Origin: a virus | Lineage: Duplodnaviria > Caudoviricetes | IMG/VR virus record: IMGVR_UViG_3300025389_000014 | Span: 48,190 to 112,189 of that record | Strand: one strand, 5' to 3' | DNA: 64,000 nucleotides | Shown here: positions 48,601-59,100 of the stretch, one piece after another | How the letters are laid out: each line of letters begins with the position of its first letter | How positions within the stretch are numbered: position 1 is the stretch's first letter | Translations under genes and position numbers: made by a program | The notes under the pieces: generated by a model | Database searches by the model: none | Told to the model about the DNA's origin: nothing | What the model saw: the letters and a program-made list of their open reading frames with translations, nothing else

Positions 48601-51600
48601 TTAGGCTATAGCATCAGTAGAATTGGAAATGATAATTTGTTCATGGTAGGTAGTCCAGACTGTCCTGATCCAATAAAAAACTATGCTGGATACGGTAAGG
48701 TAACTGCCTATGTCAAGGTAAATGGTAATCCTATACCAAGGTTTAGATATTTCCTAAATCCTGATGAAAACAGGCCCTACTATAATCAAACAGTTTCCAC
48801 TGCGACTGGATTTGGGTCTGTGGTAGCATACGATGACTATCAATATCCGGGAACCAACAGCGGACTGATATTTGCTGGTGCTCCTAAAACCAGTTATGCC
48901 TACTCTACGGCCACTATGGTCGGAGCAGTGAATCCTGCGGTAGTTAGAACCACGGTAGGTGCTTCGGCTTCTAGTTATGTCGAACAAGGTCTAGTCACTA
49001 TCAGCAGTATAGATCCTGTCAGCAACGAAGAAACTAGACTGCTGACTCTGATCAGCCCTTATCCACAGAGTCGAGAACATTTTGGATCAGGTCTCTATGT
49101 CCAGTTAAACACCAGTTCTAAATTATTATTGGTCAGTGCTCCTGGAGATACCACATCTGTGGGTTCTGTATATGCCTACCAAGTTGGAAGTTACACCACG
49201 GGTTCTACCACCACCCTAGTTATAAATTATATCAACAGTCTAACAACAGTGGCCTCTACACCCGGTATGCAGTGGGGACACAGTATCAGCGGATCCAGTG
49301 ATGGCACTGTTATCGCCATAGGTGCTCCTGGTTACAATGACCGCACAGGACTAGTTCACATCTTCAATGGAACAGCAACTAGTCAGGTCATACAGTCGCC
49401 GTTCTCAGCAGGAGGCGGGTTTGGGTCGCATGTCGAAGTTAGTGCAGATGGAAGTTATTTGATCGTTAGCGCCCCTGATGATTATGGGTATGCTGATAAT
49501 AATCAAGCATATGGCCGGGTGGCGATCTATCAAAATCAAAATGGACTATTCAACACGGCCACAATACAGATTCTAGATAATCCGCTATTGAATTCTAAAA
49601 TGAAATTTGGTCACAATATAGTGATAAATGAGTCTTTAGATATATTGGTAATATCCGCATTGGGTACAGACTATATCGATACAACCTTCGATGAACACCA
49701 GGTTAGGAATATAGGAGGAAAGAAAATAGTCAGCACCGTGTCTACGATAGATGACAGCGGAACAACTGATTTCTTTACAGAAGTTCAACGTACAGGAACG
49801 GTATACGTATATAATAGACGACACAACCGATTTGTATTGAGTGAAGAATTGCCTCCACACAATGCCTATGAAGGAATAGATCATGGCCACAGTCTACAGA
49901 TAGCTGTAGACAATACTATATTTGTAGGCGCTCCGGCGATTGATAATCAGTCGACTGGATCTTTCTTCTATCAATATTTCAGCACCAGCACAACTGCATT
50001 TAGTTGGGAAACCTATAGAGCACAGGAAGATCTAGTTGATATCAGTACCATACAGAGATTGGTATTGATTGATACCTATAATGAAAATGTCGTTACCTAT
50101 CTAGAAACTATAGATCCTGCCAAAGGCCGCATATCTGGACTGGCTGATCAAGAGATAAAATATAGATCTCTGTTTGATCCTGCTGTATACGCTGTGGGAT
50201 CAACAGGCACTGTAGTTAATCCTTCAACTAATTGGACTGACGACCATGTTGGAGATCTATGGTGGGATCTAAGCACAGTAAAATATCAATGGTATGAACA
50301 GGGCGATCTAGAACATAGGAAAAATAACTGGGGATCAACATTCTTCGGATCCAGCATCGATGTCTATGAATGGGTAGGTAGCAATTTATTACCCAGCCAA
50401 TGGAGCAGTCAGTCTGATACTATAACAGGATTGACACAGGGTATCAGTGGACAACCTAAATATCCGGATGATTCATCTGTGGCTGTAAAACAGACTTATG
50501 ATCCTATTACAGATACTCTAAGTAACTATTATTACTATTGGGTCAAAAACACAGTTATTGTTCCTGGAAACGCTTCTCGTCGCATCAGTGCTTATCAAGT
50601 GGCCAGTATAATAGCAGATCCTGTGGCCTATGGTCTACAGTATGCGACTCCGATAAGTGCAGATGCTATCACCATAGCCAATATAGGAGCCGTTCCGGTA
50701 GGAACGAGGATTAATCTAAATATTGCCATGGATCTAAATCCAGACAATGTTCCTAGACATACTGAATGGTTATTGTTACAAGAAAACAGCCAGACCAGCA
50801 TGCCTAACAGTCTTTTAGAAAAGAAATTATTAGACAGTCTTATTGGTCATGATAAACTAGGAAATCTAGTTCCTGATCCTTCACTAGGTCCTAGACAGGC
50901 CTACGGTGTTAGTATACGTCCTAGACAAAGTATGTTCAAAAATAGATTCCAAGCATTACGAAATCTATTAGATTTTACCAATACCGTCTTGAGCGGAGTA
51001 CCCGTAACAGGAAATTATAGTTTTAAGAATCTCGACAGTGCTGAAGCTCTGCCCGATGTATTCAGTCATCAATGGGATCAGATAGTGGAGACTCTTTCAG
51101 ATAGAGATGCTATCGATGTGAGGTCATTTACAGTTGCTACTATCGCTCAGTTGACTGCTAACGTATATGACGGAAAACTAGTATCAGTTAACATCGTTAA
51201 TCCGGGATTTGGTTATCTAGTATCTCCTACAGTTACAGTAGTTGGAAACGGATCGACTCCTGCAGTGATTACCACTGAGATCGATTACCTAGGACAAATA
51301 GTATCAACTACCATAGTAGACGGAGGAAGTGGTTATTTTGCGGCTCCAGAATTAACTGTGAGAGGATATACAGTTATAGTTCGCAGTGACATCGAAGCCG
51401 GTGGACGTTGGTCTAAACACACTTGGGATGCATATAACAACAGATGGGCTCGAGTACATACACAGAGCTATAATACTGCCCTATACTGGAATTACGTAGA
51501 TTATGCTAGCTCAGATTTTAATCAATATAAGATAATCGATTACACGGTAGATTCGACCTATGAACTTAATACATTAGTCTCGGCCGTTCCTGGACAATAT

Positions 51601-54600
51601 ATCAAGATAAAAAATGCAGGTAATGGTTGGTCGGCAATAGTGACTCCTACAACAAGAACATATGGCACCTTTAGCAATAAGTATGATCTATTATGGAAAC
51701 AAAACGGTACCATACAGTTAAGCAATGATCTATGGGATGTACCAGACAGTCAATTAGGATTCGACGAATATAATAATTTTGATAAAACATTGTATAATCA
51801 GGCACCAGATAGTGAGCTCGAATATATACTAGCGGCTCTGAGAGATGATATATTTGTCAATGAGCTAAGAGTTAATTGGAATTTATTTTTCTTTACAGCG
51901 GTCAAATATGCTCTATATGAACAAAAATTATTAGATTGGGCGTTCAAGACTACATTTATCGATGTGGTTAATTATGCTGGTAATCTAGATCAACGTCCTG
52001 TATATAAATTAACCAACAGTGCTTATTTCGAAGATTATATAAATGAGGTTAAACCTTATCATACTCAGATCAGAAATTTTATCACTAATCAGTCAACAGT
52101 TGATGTATCTTCGGCCTATAACACAGATTTTGATTTGCCTGCTTATTACAATTCTACAGATGGACAATTTGAAACTGTGGATGTCAACAGCACTCTAACC
52201 AATGTGTATCCTTGGAAATCCTGGAAAGACAATTATTCTTACAGCGTAGCCGACGTTATAATATTAAATCACGGATCAAAATACACCACAGTACCGTCAA
52301 TAGTAATCAGCGGTCCTGATCTACCTACAGGTACTACTGCAACAGCCCAAGCATACATAGGTGGAGGAAAAATATATCTGGTAGAAGTCGTAAATCCGGG
52401 ATCGGGATATACGCAAACACCAACTGCTACTGTAGTTGGTGGTACCACAGGTACTACTGCTACGATTTCTCTAAAATTAGTAAATGAAAAAATTAGGAGA
52501 AATACCCTAGATATTAGATTTGATCGGATATCTTCGGTCAATCAGATAGGCGACATAGATGTCGTTGATGAATTTTACTGTGACGGAAGCAAAACTGAAT
52601 TTGTACTGTCTTGGGTGGCACAGGCAGACAAGCAGATTATTGATGTTACACTCGATAATGATCTGGTATTGATAGCTGATTATACGATAAAATATTATAC
52701 CAGTACCTATAATGGATATAATAAAAAATACAGTAAACTGGTTTTCTTAAATTATATTCCTAAACGTGATCAGATTGTTGTGATCAGATATAAGAAAAAT
52801 GTAGAACTAATGTCTGCTATAGAACGTATAGGCTATTTTACATCTATGACAGATTTCACTACAGTTACTTCTGGAATAAGCTATCCTGGTACCACTCTAC
52901 AAGGTGCTAAATTTGATCATACCAGTGCATGGACTGAGCCTTATCCTGCATATGACACCTTTGCGTGGAATGATGCGGTATCTGATTATTCTGTTGTTAC
53001 ATCTATAACAACTTCGAGCTCTGTAGGTAATATCACCACTATACAGATGTCTAATGTGGCGACTATTAAACGATATCAATATGCTAATGTAATAGGATTT
53101 GATACTTCTCCGTTTACCACTTCGTCGGTAATAGTTACAAATATTAACACATCGACTAATACTATAACTATAAATTCTGTAGTAAAATCTAGGAGAGATA
53201 TACCAGCAGGCACTTCTATAGAATTTTGGAGCAATGACTCTAACTTCAGTATTTTAGATGTAGTTACATCAGCTACTTCTTGGAGTAATTCTGAATCTAG
53301 TAGTTGGATGACCTATCTAGGAATACAACCGGATGATTTCTCTCTAAATACAGCCACAGGATTATATCTATTAGGTGGAACAGTTAACTCTGATAATGTA
53401 TTTGTTGACGGTGATGGATTCTATACCGATAAAACAGAATTTTCTCCCGAGGAACTTATATCGGGCCAGTCATCCGATAGTCTAGGAATCAACGTATATA
53501 CCAAAGATGTATCAGGATCTCCTACAGTGTTCTCGTCATATTTTAGCATGGGTGCCAACACTACTGCTACGATCAGGCTAGATGTTTTACCACCTAATGT
53601 TAATAGTATAAGTGTGACGGTAAATCTAAAGAACACGTATGACGATGTTGTATTTGAATATAGTACTTCAACCGATTGGACTTCTGTACATCAATTTAGT
53701 ATAGATTGGGCTAACTCTTTATTAATTATAGCTCCTCAACCTTATATCGCTGTAGTAGGTTATACTATTATTCTAGTAGAAGGTGACAATTATATTGATT
53801 ATAGCAGTCAGGCCAGCATGCTGGGAACAAGCCAAATACAATTACGAAGTCTGGGAGCTTATGACAGCCTATTGAAATCTGCTTATGTAACCTTAGATGG
53901 AGTAGGAGTATCTCGAGAAGTTTCTACTTCAACACCTTACTATGTGATGAACTATGTTGATCCGGATGGATCTCAGATAAATCGTAGAGCCGCAGTAGAC
54001 ATATATAATGTATCACCGGATTCTTCTCATTTGGCACAGGCTTGGTTCTTTGACAGTGATTACAAAACATTTAACGAAATCAACAAGGAAACATTCCTTT
54101 ATGATGGTTCAACCAGTACGTTTGTGATGACCTATCCTCCAGGTAATTCTGGTCCTGCTGAGGGTAATATGATAGTAGAAGTCGTTGACGATCAAGGAAT
54201 CAAGAGATTAATGCCTCCTGATATAGCCTATTATCAATATACCGGATACACTAATTCCTTTGATATCCCGACGAGTTTTGGAACATATAGAGATCCATTT
54301 ACAAACTTAAACACAGCAGTATATAAAAATGGAGAACTGTTAGCCTATGGTTACGACTATACCCTAACTGGTTCAACTATTAACGTAATACCGGGAGTAT
54401 TGATCTATGGTGATACTATAGCAATAATCACTTACTCATTAAATGATGCATTGAACTATGATTTCCGTGTCAACGGTAATAAGCTAATCCTATCGACCAA
54501 TCCGGGACAAACTCCAGCGACAACGATTAATCCAGGATATTTGATCAATGTTATTACATTTACTCAACAAGATAATCTGCTGATGGAAACACAGATATTC

Positions 54601-56136
54601 GCAGGAAATACTTCTGGAGTATATCGAGTCAGCCGTCCTGTGATCAACAGCAATTATGTTTGGGTTAGCGTAAACGGAAAATCTCTGATCAGTAGAATCG
54701 ATTTTGTAGTACTAGACGATCTTCGTACCGTGCAGTTAGCAGATCAATTTACTGGGGATCAGGTAAGAGAAGTAGTAATCACCACAGTATCTTCTAGAAA
54801 AGATCCGGTATTGGGCTATAGGATCTTTACTGACATGTTCAATCGCACACAATTCAAACGATTGAGCAAAGAAAATACCACCTATTTAACACAACCTCTC
54901 TATGTATATGATACAGAAATACATGTCTATGACGCTAGTATATTAAGCATTCCTATACCTTCTAAACGTATCCCTGGTGTTGTTATTATTGACGGAGAAC
55001 GTATAGAATATTATAGAGTAAGTAATAACGTTTTATCTCAACTGCGTAGAGGAACTCTAGGAACTGCTCCCAAACATTATAGCCAAATCTACACCAAGGT
55101 CATCGATCAAGGTATCAGCCAGACTATATCTTATGCAGAAAATATCAGAAGACAGACCTATATCAATATTGGCACTACGAATACCTATGTAATCAACACA
55201 ATTAGTACCTCCACCTATTACGACACAAAGATAGTAGAGCTATCTAGCGGAACAGGTGCTGTTATACAGAGTGCTACACCTTATGATAATCTTATCGAAG
55301 TGCATAGTCAGGTTAATTATGGTACCGTTGCAATATCTACCGCTACAGGTGCGTTCAAACCTTTAGATTTAGTCCCACATGCTACAAACAGCGGAACCAT
55401 AGAAATAGATATTCCGCCGCAGTCTGATGGTAACGGGTATGTTGTACAGACATGGTTTATTGGTCAAGGAGATCCAGGAAGCTCGGTCCCGTATATTTTT
55501 AGAAATGACGGAATAACACTACAGACACAGCCGGTAGACAGTTCAATGCCGTTACCTGCAGAGGATCAAATAGCTGTATATTATGGCGGTAGACAGTTAC
55601 GTAAAATAGGAATCTTCCATCAAGACACTAACAAGGCCTATGATAGTCCCGCTGTACCGTCCACTACCGCTACTGTAGCTTCTGTGATCGATCTGCCACC
55701 TACTGATGTATTGAACACAGCATATATAACGACAGATACCAATCAGGTATGGGTCTATACCAGATCTAATAGATTAGACAGTTACCTCGGATATGAATAT
55801 CAAGGTTTGAGCTATCTATCTCCAGAGTTTACAGTTGATCCTATAACCCAGAAACTTACGCTAAATATACCAGAAGCCCTAGAATCACACCTACCTGTCA
55901 GGGTAGATATAGTAAAAAGAGACTATGTGGCCATAACAGAATGGAATGATCAAGATCCTATGAACCCCGGTAACACATTAAGTATCATGCAGAGTACTTC
56001 GACTCAGGCCAAATTCCTACAGAGTAAACCTGCAGAATTGCCAGACGCATATTACTATGGTGGTGATCCAGATCTAACAGATTCATCAGGATTTAGCCTA
56101 ACATTACCAAGCGGAGATCCATTAGAGGACAATTAA
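42673..56136 (+). CDS. Giant baseplate/virion structural protein (4487 aa; gp7-like position)
   Basis: Single 13.4 kb ORF after gp6, with an FLPEYL N-terminus, FG-GAP-like repeats at ~48.6-50 kb, G.GY modules and VKPYHT. Confidence 0.75.
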   Translation: MAASTSTISSINFLPEYLRTDKNSKFLSATLDQWIRPAQLERISGFIGSKNTPNYVSTSDVYIPESLPLRRDYQLTPALVVNDAVYEIQDVIALDDLIDEIAVKGGKTENLDRLLRSEFYSYNPWIDWDKLINYQEYYWLVEGPDEILVDEDLITIVKNILGQQTYTNAITGLTFTNGLRLRFINPELEGTQYYQRDFFVEGVGTAQGIRLIDVDTLVTPEPIASLFKDRFGSYHFDYYKFDATEKLPLIPEYVTINRASQDINSWSRYNRWVHSDVIRITAEAQGRLVEYPSEYRAQRPIIEFSADLKLYNHGTVGIPNIEFIDNTITDPTVINGTFGYYIDQVLLQKGNRIIFNASPNPEMIYEVNVTAGTYQLELVESTTVAVGSQVTIDLGVENNGTDWWYNGVNWQLSQQHTSLNQAPLFDLFTDQGISYSDKINLPSNFLGSKIFGYTLGTGTSDPYLGFPLKYRNAVEQGDYLFSNYFMTDTISVVAGSQSVTVIPTSQTYLKFVHRDTEQYVNVWIDSADYQIPVLQFQTIITATNSIAVSAIKTPAAFDYEAYLNTQILPNTSSFITVNSGTYQINFDNTLTAGTNVLLKFYTTATVTAGGYYEPPLGLTNNPLNGPISQFTLSELGDHVHTMIERDPGFVGIFPGVSNLRDLANVGQYGTRLVSNKNPIAFADMFIGKKEHSVIDAITKVADQYNQFKSQIISLMNRVVDQQDPVALLDEILSVINQDKTPKSAYFLSDMIGHGTDKTVRTYTASGSTEFSISSPFSTTELGLRSILVYLNGEQLVLHRDYVFVENDYVLNVLAQLHDGDTITIVEYPDTSGCYVPPTPTKLGLYPSFYPTKYVDNTYVVPRTVIQGHDGSITVAFDDFRDDVLLEFEKRIYNNIKSKYRAELFDINSVIPGAFRNNQYSLAEVDDILESRFIKWSGLNGVDYTTNTIFDEADPFTWNYRGGYIPSLGLQVGGYWRSIYKYLYDTDRPHTYPWEMFGFSEEPDWWISEYGGKYENLWQDVEAGIIRQGTRAGTYSIYARPGIIENGLVPVDIVGNLIDPTVLIQNVTIYNRRQNWQFGDQAPVETAWRRSSYYPFAVQRLLALTKPATYSALMYDLSRVDKNIAGQWAYKNNAFFNFNDLIIHGENSKLTSGYSQMISEVGGQRTQNYIAELRSDLSYADFNLFYKVGGFVSKDKLQITIDAYEPNSNSPGAILPVEDYTLRLNVSNPIISASISGMVVQKTADGNFVIKGYDTQSPYFTVYTPIRTSSTPTITVGGVSESYVVWTNSSAAGGSLSTSIETTSAVGAAGVFYQAGQIVSYGGSYYRVKISHQAESAFNLDYYQILPYLPTTGGASVQIADRFDSVVKEIPYGMEFSSTQAVYDVIVGYGAWLKDQGFIFDEYNSKINDVINWEFSGKEFLYWTTQNWAANNVITMSPFADQIKYSYNQSVVDNLFDTFYEYSLLLANGLPFPKDNLFVNRQAGVCTISATTSTDGIYFARLNSVQKEHSLVFNNKTIFNDVIYDIETGYQQQRMKVSGFRTKNWTGDLYSPGFVYDDVQISNWQINTAYRSAQVVQYNGTYYSAKTNLESSKIFNITDWIALDKKPQGGLLPNFDYKINQFQDFYSLDIDNFDAGQEKMAQHLTGYTPRVYLNNIFTDPIAQYKFYQGFIREKGTRNAVQKLSKAAVQNFQGVIEYNEEWALRIGEYGSFSTYKELETTLVEGTFFENPQIINYVKSAPLGNSLIYYSTAGNWAIVPDNYDPAQTFYTTTGTYQTNSYILPTAGYTRSDDVTYTAYNENSLLAITNNDTINLGDTAWLGFKQNGDWDVLRYNLSQSGVVDAEIGLYGQEIIFTTNKPHRLSAGDIVSLVNYTSQLNGVYMVKSIVTSNQFSIASTVQTIDTTLVVGAGQLFKFSTARAKTFDTLPNDSELLSLPQGSLFWVDSDLEDGTGRWAVYNKIQNYYPTGITSGIKGYNEQLGYSISRIGNDNLFMVGSPDCPDPIKNYAGYGKVTAYVKVNGNPIPRFRYFLNPDENRPYYNQTVSTATGFGSVVAYDDYQYPGTNSGLIFAGAPKTSYAYSTATMVGAVNPAVVRTTVGASASSYVEQGLVTISSIDPVSNEETRLLTLISPYPQSREHFGSGLYVQLNTSSKLLLVSAPGDTTSVGSVYAYQVGSYTTGSTTTLVINYINSLTTVASTPGMQWGHSISGSSDGTVIAIGAPGYNDRTGLVHIFNGTATSQVIQSPFSAGGGFGSHVEVSADGSYLIVSAPDDYGYADNNQAYGRVAIYQNQNGLFNTATIQILDNPLLNSKMKFGHNIVINESLDILVISALGTDYIDTTFDEHQVRNIGGKKIVSTVSTIDDSGTTDFFTEVQRTGTVYVYNRRHNRFVLSEELPPHNAYEGIDHGHSLQIAVDNTIFVGAPAIDNQSTGSFFYQYFSTSTTAFSWETYRAQEDLVDISTIQRLVLIDTYNENVVTYLETIDPAKGRISGLADQEIKYRSLFDPAVYAVGSTGTVVNPSTNWTDDHVGDLWWDLSTVKYQWYEQGDLEHRKNNWGSTFFGSSIDVYEWVGSNLLPSQWSSQSDTITGLTQGISGQPKYPDDSSVAVKQTYDPITDTLSNYYYYWVKNTVIVPGNASRRISAYQVASIIADPVAYGLQYATPISADAITIANIGAVPVGTRINLNIAMDLNPDNVPRHTEWLLLQENSQTSMPNSLLEKKLLDSLIGHDKLGNLVPDPSLGPRQAYGVSIRPRQSMFKNRFQALRNLLDFTNTVLSGVPVTGNYSFKNLDSAEALPDVFSHQWDQIVETLSDRDAIDVRSFTVATIAQLTANVYDGKLVSVNIVNPGFGYLVSPTVTVVGNGSTPAVITTEIDYLGQIVSTTIVDGGSGYFAAPELTVRGYTVIVRSDIEAGGRWSKHTWDAYNNRWARVHTQSYNTALYWNYVDYASSDFNQYKIIDYTVDSTYELNTLVSAVPGQYIKIKNAGNGWSAIVTPTTRTYGTFSNKYDLLWKQNGTIQLSNDLWDVPDSQLGFDEYNNFDKTLYNQAPDSELEYILAALRDDIFVNELRVNWNLFFFTAVKYALYEQKLLDWAFKTTFIDVVNYAGNLDQRPVYKLTNSAYFEDYINEVKPYHTQIRNFITNQSTVDVSSAYNTDFDLPAYYNSTDGQFETVDVNSTLTNVYPWKSWKDNYSYSVADVIILNHGSKYTTVPSIVISGPDLPTGTTATAQAYIGGGKIYLVEVVNPGSGYTQTPTATVVGGTTGTTATISLKLVNEKIRRNTLDIRFDRISSVNQIGDIDVVDEFYCDGSKTEFVLSWVAQADKQIIDVTLDNDLVLIADYTIKYYTSTYNGYNKKYSKLVFLNYIPKRDQIVVIRYKKNVELMSAIERIGYFTSMTDFTTVTSGISYPGTTLQGAKFDHTSAWTEPYPAYDTFAWNDAVSDYSVVTSITTSSSVGNITTIQMSNVATIKRYQYANVIGFDTSPFTTSSVIVTNINTSTNTITINSVVKSRRDIPAGTSIEFWSNDSNFSILDVVTSATSWSNSESSSWMTYLGIQPDDFSLNTATGLYLLGGTVNSDNVFVDGDGFYTDKTEFSPEELISGQSSDSLGINVYTKDVSGSPTVFSSYFSMGANTTATIRLDVLPPNVNSISVTVNLKNTYDDVVFEYSTSTDWTSVHQFSIDWANSLLIIAPQPYIAVVGYTIILVEGDNYIDYSSQASMLGTSQIQLRSLGAYDSLLKSAYVTLDGVGVSREVSTSTPYYVMNYVDPDGSQINRRAAVDIYNVSPDSSHLAQAWFFDSDYKTFNEINKETFLYDGSTSTFVMTYPPGNSGPAEGNMIVEVVDDQGIKRLMPPDIAYYQYTGYTNSFDIPTSFGTYRDPFTNLNTAVYKNGELLAYGYDYTLTGSTINVIPGVLIYGDTIAIITYSLNDALNYDFRVNGNKLILSTNPGQTPATTINPGYLINVITFTQQDNLLMETQIFAGNTSGVYRVSRPVINSNYVWVSVNGKSLISRIDFVVLDDLRTVQLADQFTGDQVREVVITTVSSRKDPVLGYRIFTDMFNRTQFKRLSKENTTYLTQPLYVYDTEIHVYDASILSIPIPSKRIPGVVIIDGERIEYYRVSNNVLSQLRRGTLGTAPKHYSQIYTKVIDQGISQTISYAENIRRQTYINIGTTNTYVINTISTSTYYDTKIVELSSGTGAVIQSATPYDNLIEVHSQVNYGTVAISTATGAFKPLDLVPHATNSGTIEIDIPPQSDGNGYVVQTWFIGQGDPGSSVPYIFRNDGITLQTQPVDSSMPLPAEDQIAVYYGGRQLRKIGIFHQDTNKAYDSPAVPSTTATVASVIDLPPTDVLNTAYITTDTNQVWVYTRSNRLDSYLGYEYQGLSYLSPEFTVDPITQKLTLNIPEALESHLPVRVDIVKRDYVAITEWNDQDPMNPGNTLSIMQSTSTQAKFLQSKPAELPDAYYYGGDPDLTDSSGFSLTLPSGDPLEDN

Positions 56137-56138
56137 AC

Positions 56139-59100
56139 ATGGCAGATATAACAAAATTACCCATACTAACTTCAGCTACGGATGGAACTTATCTACTAGC
56201 GATAGATAATAGTGTAGCAAAACGCCTGCCGTTTCCTGGTGCAGGACAGTTAAGGGGTAATCAAGGATATACAGGTAGCATAGGTTATATAGGTAGTCGT
56301 GGATTGCCTAGCACCGTTCCCGGATACACTGGTAGCCAAGGTTATATTGGATCTCTAGGATACACAGGTAGTTCTGGATATGCTGTTGATCGTGGCTATA
56401 CAGGTAGTGCAGGAACAGTTGGTCCTGCAGGCCCTAACAATATACTCAATGCCAGCACATTACCAGATTCTATAGATCCCTTGCAGGCCATAGAATATTT
56501 TGTGGGAGTAAGTAACGTAGGATCTACTTCTACTCCTATTGTGTCAAGGACACGCCCTATTGTATTCAACACAGCATTGGGACAGGTTGGTATAGGTACT
56601 ACAGCCACTCTGGGAACACTGCACCTAAAAGACAGCGAAAATACTCAGATATATTTCGAAGAAGGCAACAGCAACATATTACATAAATTAGGTGTCTCGG
56701 GCGGAAATTTAACCCTAGACATCGATACTACTAATAGTGCCGGTGGTAGTAATTTTTATCTATCACAGGTTGGCGCACACAAACTCACAATGGCGGCTAA
56801 TGGCAACATCGGAATCCTTACAGACACTCCTGCTGAGTCTTTAGATGTCTCAGGAAAACTGCGTATATCTAGTTCTAATGTTATAGCCAAGAGCTATTCT
56901 AAACTCTATGCTCTAGATGATTCTAGACTCTATTGGGAAAATCAACGCTATGCGGCCACAGTTTCTTCTCCTACCAACGTGCTATATGCTGGTACGAGAA
57001 TAGTAGGAGATATAAATCCAGCAGAAACCGGAGGAGTATTCAGCTTTGACAATGCACCTGTTGCCCAAGCAGGGGCCAGTTCGTGGACACAGCGATTGAC
57101 CATAATTGAAAATGGCAATGTTGGTATTAATACACCTCGTCCTGGAGCACTATTAACAGTTTCAAAAAATTTAACCAGTACAGCATTTGTACCTCCCGGA
57201 GATCAAGCAAACACAACACTATATCTTGTAGGTGCAAATAGTGCCTATAATAGATTTTGGATGGAGTCTTTTGGAAGCGGAGGAAATGCTGTTAATGTAA
57301 AAGTCTCTGGTGGCACCGCACAATCTCCTAGTGCTACCCCTGCTGGATATATTTGGTTTGTCAGTGCAGCCGGAAGAGGAACAACAACTAATTTAGGGGT
57401 AGGACAGGCTCGTCTTGGTATCGGTGCAGAATCTACATTTACTGATACTTCTGCCCCTACATACATATTCTTCCAGACTACAGGCGGAGCTGAGAGATTA
57501 CGAATTGACAGCGTTGGTAGAATTCAAACAGCAGGGGCAATTGATGGTGTAGCTGATATCAATATTAGAAATACAGCAACTAATTCTGCTAGTGGTTCGT
57601 TAAGTTTAGCCGCAGGTCCCGCAGGCGGTGACGGTCCTAGTTATATCACCATGGGCAATAGCAATGGGTTAGGAGCTACTGGTCCTGTGGTCATACAGAG
57701 CAATAATAGATATTTTCAGATCGGTACTGGAACTAGTTTTACCGACCGAACAGGTGGAACCTTCCAGTTTAACCTCAAATTAGATCCTAACGGAAACGGT
57801 ACAGTATTTGGTAATTGGGAAATAGATGGCGGTGCGGCCTCTAGTGCTACTCTGTCCACTATCAAATCTACATTTAATCTCGTAGATACCAACGCTGGTA
57901 CAGTAAATTTTGCCGGAGCAGCCACACAGATCAATATGGGTAATGCTACCGGAGCTACAATACTAACTCGTCCTGGTACTGTTGTAGGGTCTAATACCAC
58001 ACAGAATTTATATAATACTGTAGCTACTACGATGAATTTTGCCGGCGCGGCTTCAACATTGAATCTAGGTGCGCAGTCGGGTACGGCAACGATAGGTAAT
58101 CCTACTGTATTAGGTACACAGGCTATACAATATCTATGGAACACAGTAGCCAATACGGTATATTTTGCCAATGCGGCCACAGCACTGACGATTGGCGCCA
58201 CAGTTGGCGGAACATTAACAGTAAATCCAGGAACTGTAGTAGGATATAACGCTACGCAGAACCTATTCAATACTGTGGCTACTACGATGAATTTTGCCGG
58301 TGCCGCAACTAGCCTCAATATGGGAAGCCAAGCTGACGGTTCTGTAGCTACTATAGCTAACCCTAGTGTGGAAGGTGTAAGATATACCCAGGCTTTATGG
58401 AACACGGTTCCTACCACGGTCAACGCATTTGGCGCTGCCACAACAATAGCCCTGGGTGCATCGAGTGGCGTATTGACATTCAAAGGTACTACCTTGAATA
58501 TAAATGGTACAAATCCAACCTTAGCCAGTACTAATAATGGAACGTTGACACTGTTTGACACTAACATAACCACAGTTAGTGCTTTTGGAAATGCTTCTTT
58601 GATCGAGATGGCAAAGACTGGTGGTCAAACAACTATTAGAAGTAATGTGACTATCAATGGTAGTCTAACAGTAAGCGGAACAGCGACTTCGATCTTAAGT
58701 ACTAATTCTTATTATACAGATAACATTATAGAACTTCATACCCCACCAAGCGGAGTCTATTCAAACTGGGCAGTAGACGATGGAAGAGATATAGGATTCC
58801 GATTCCATTATTTCAATGGTGCAGATGAAAATGCGGCATTGGTCCTGGCCAATGACACTAAGTATCTAGAATGGTATAATACAGGAGCTGAAGCATCTAC
58901 TGGAACATTCTATGGTGCTAATTATGGTACATTCAAGACAGGTCAGATCTTCTTAACCAGCTCGACTGTGGCGTCTAGCACCTTAACTGGTGCATTAACC
59001 GTAGCTGGAGGCGTTGGTATCGGTGGCGCTGTATACATAGGCGGATCGATCAGTGCCGGCGGTGGAATACGGATAACTGGTGCGTTTACAACTACCAATA

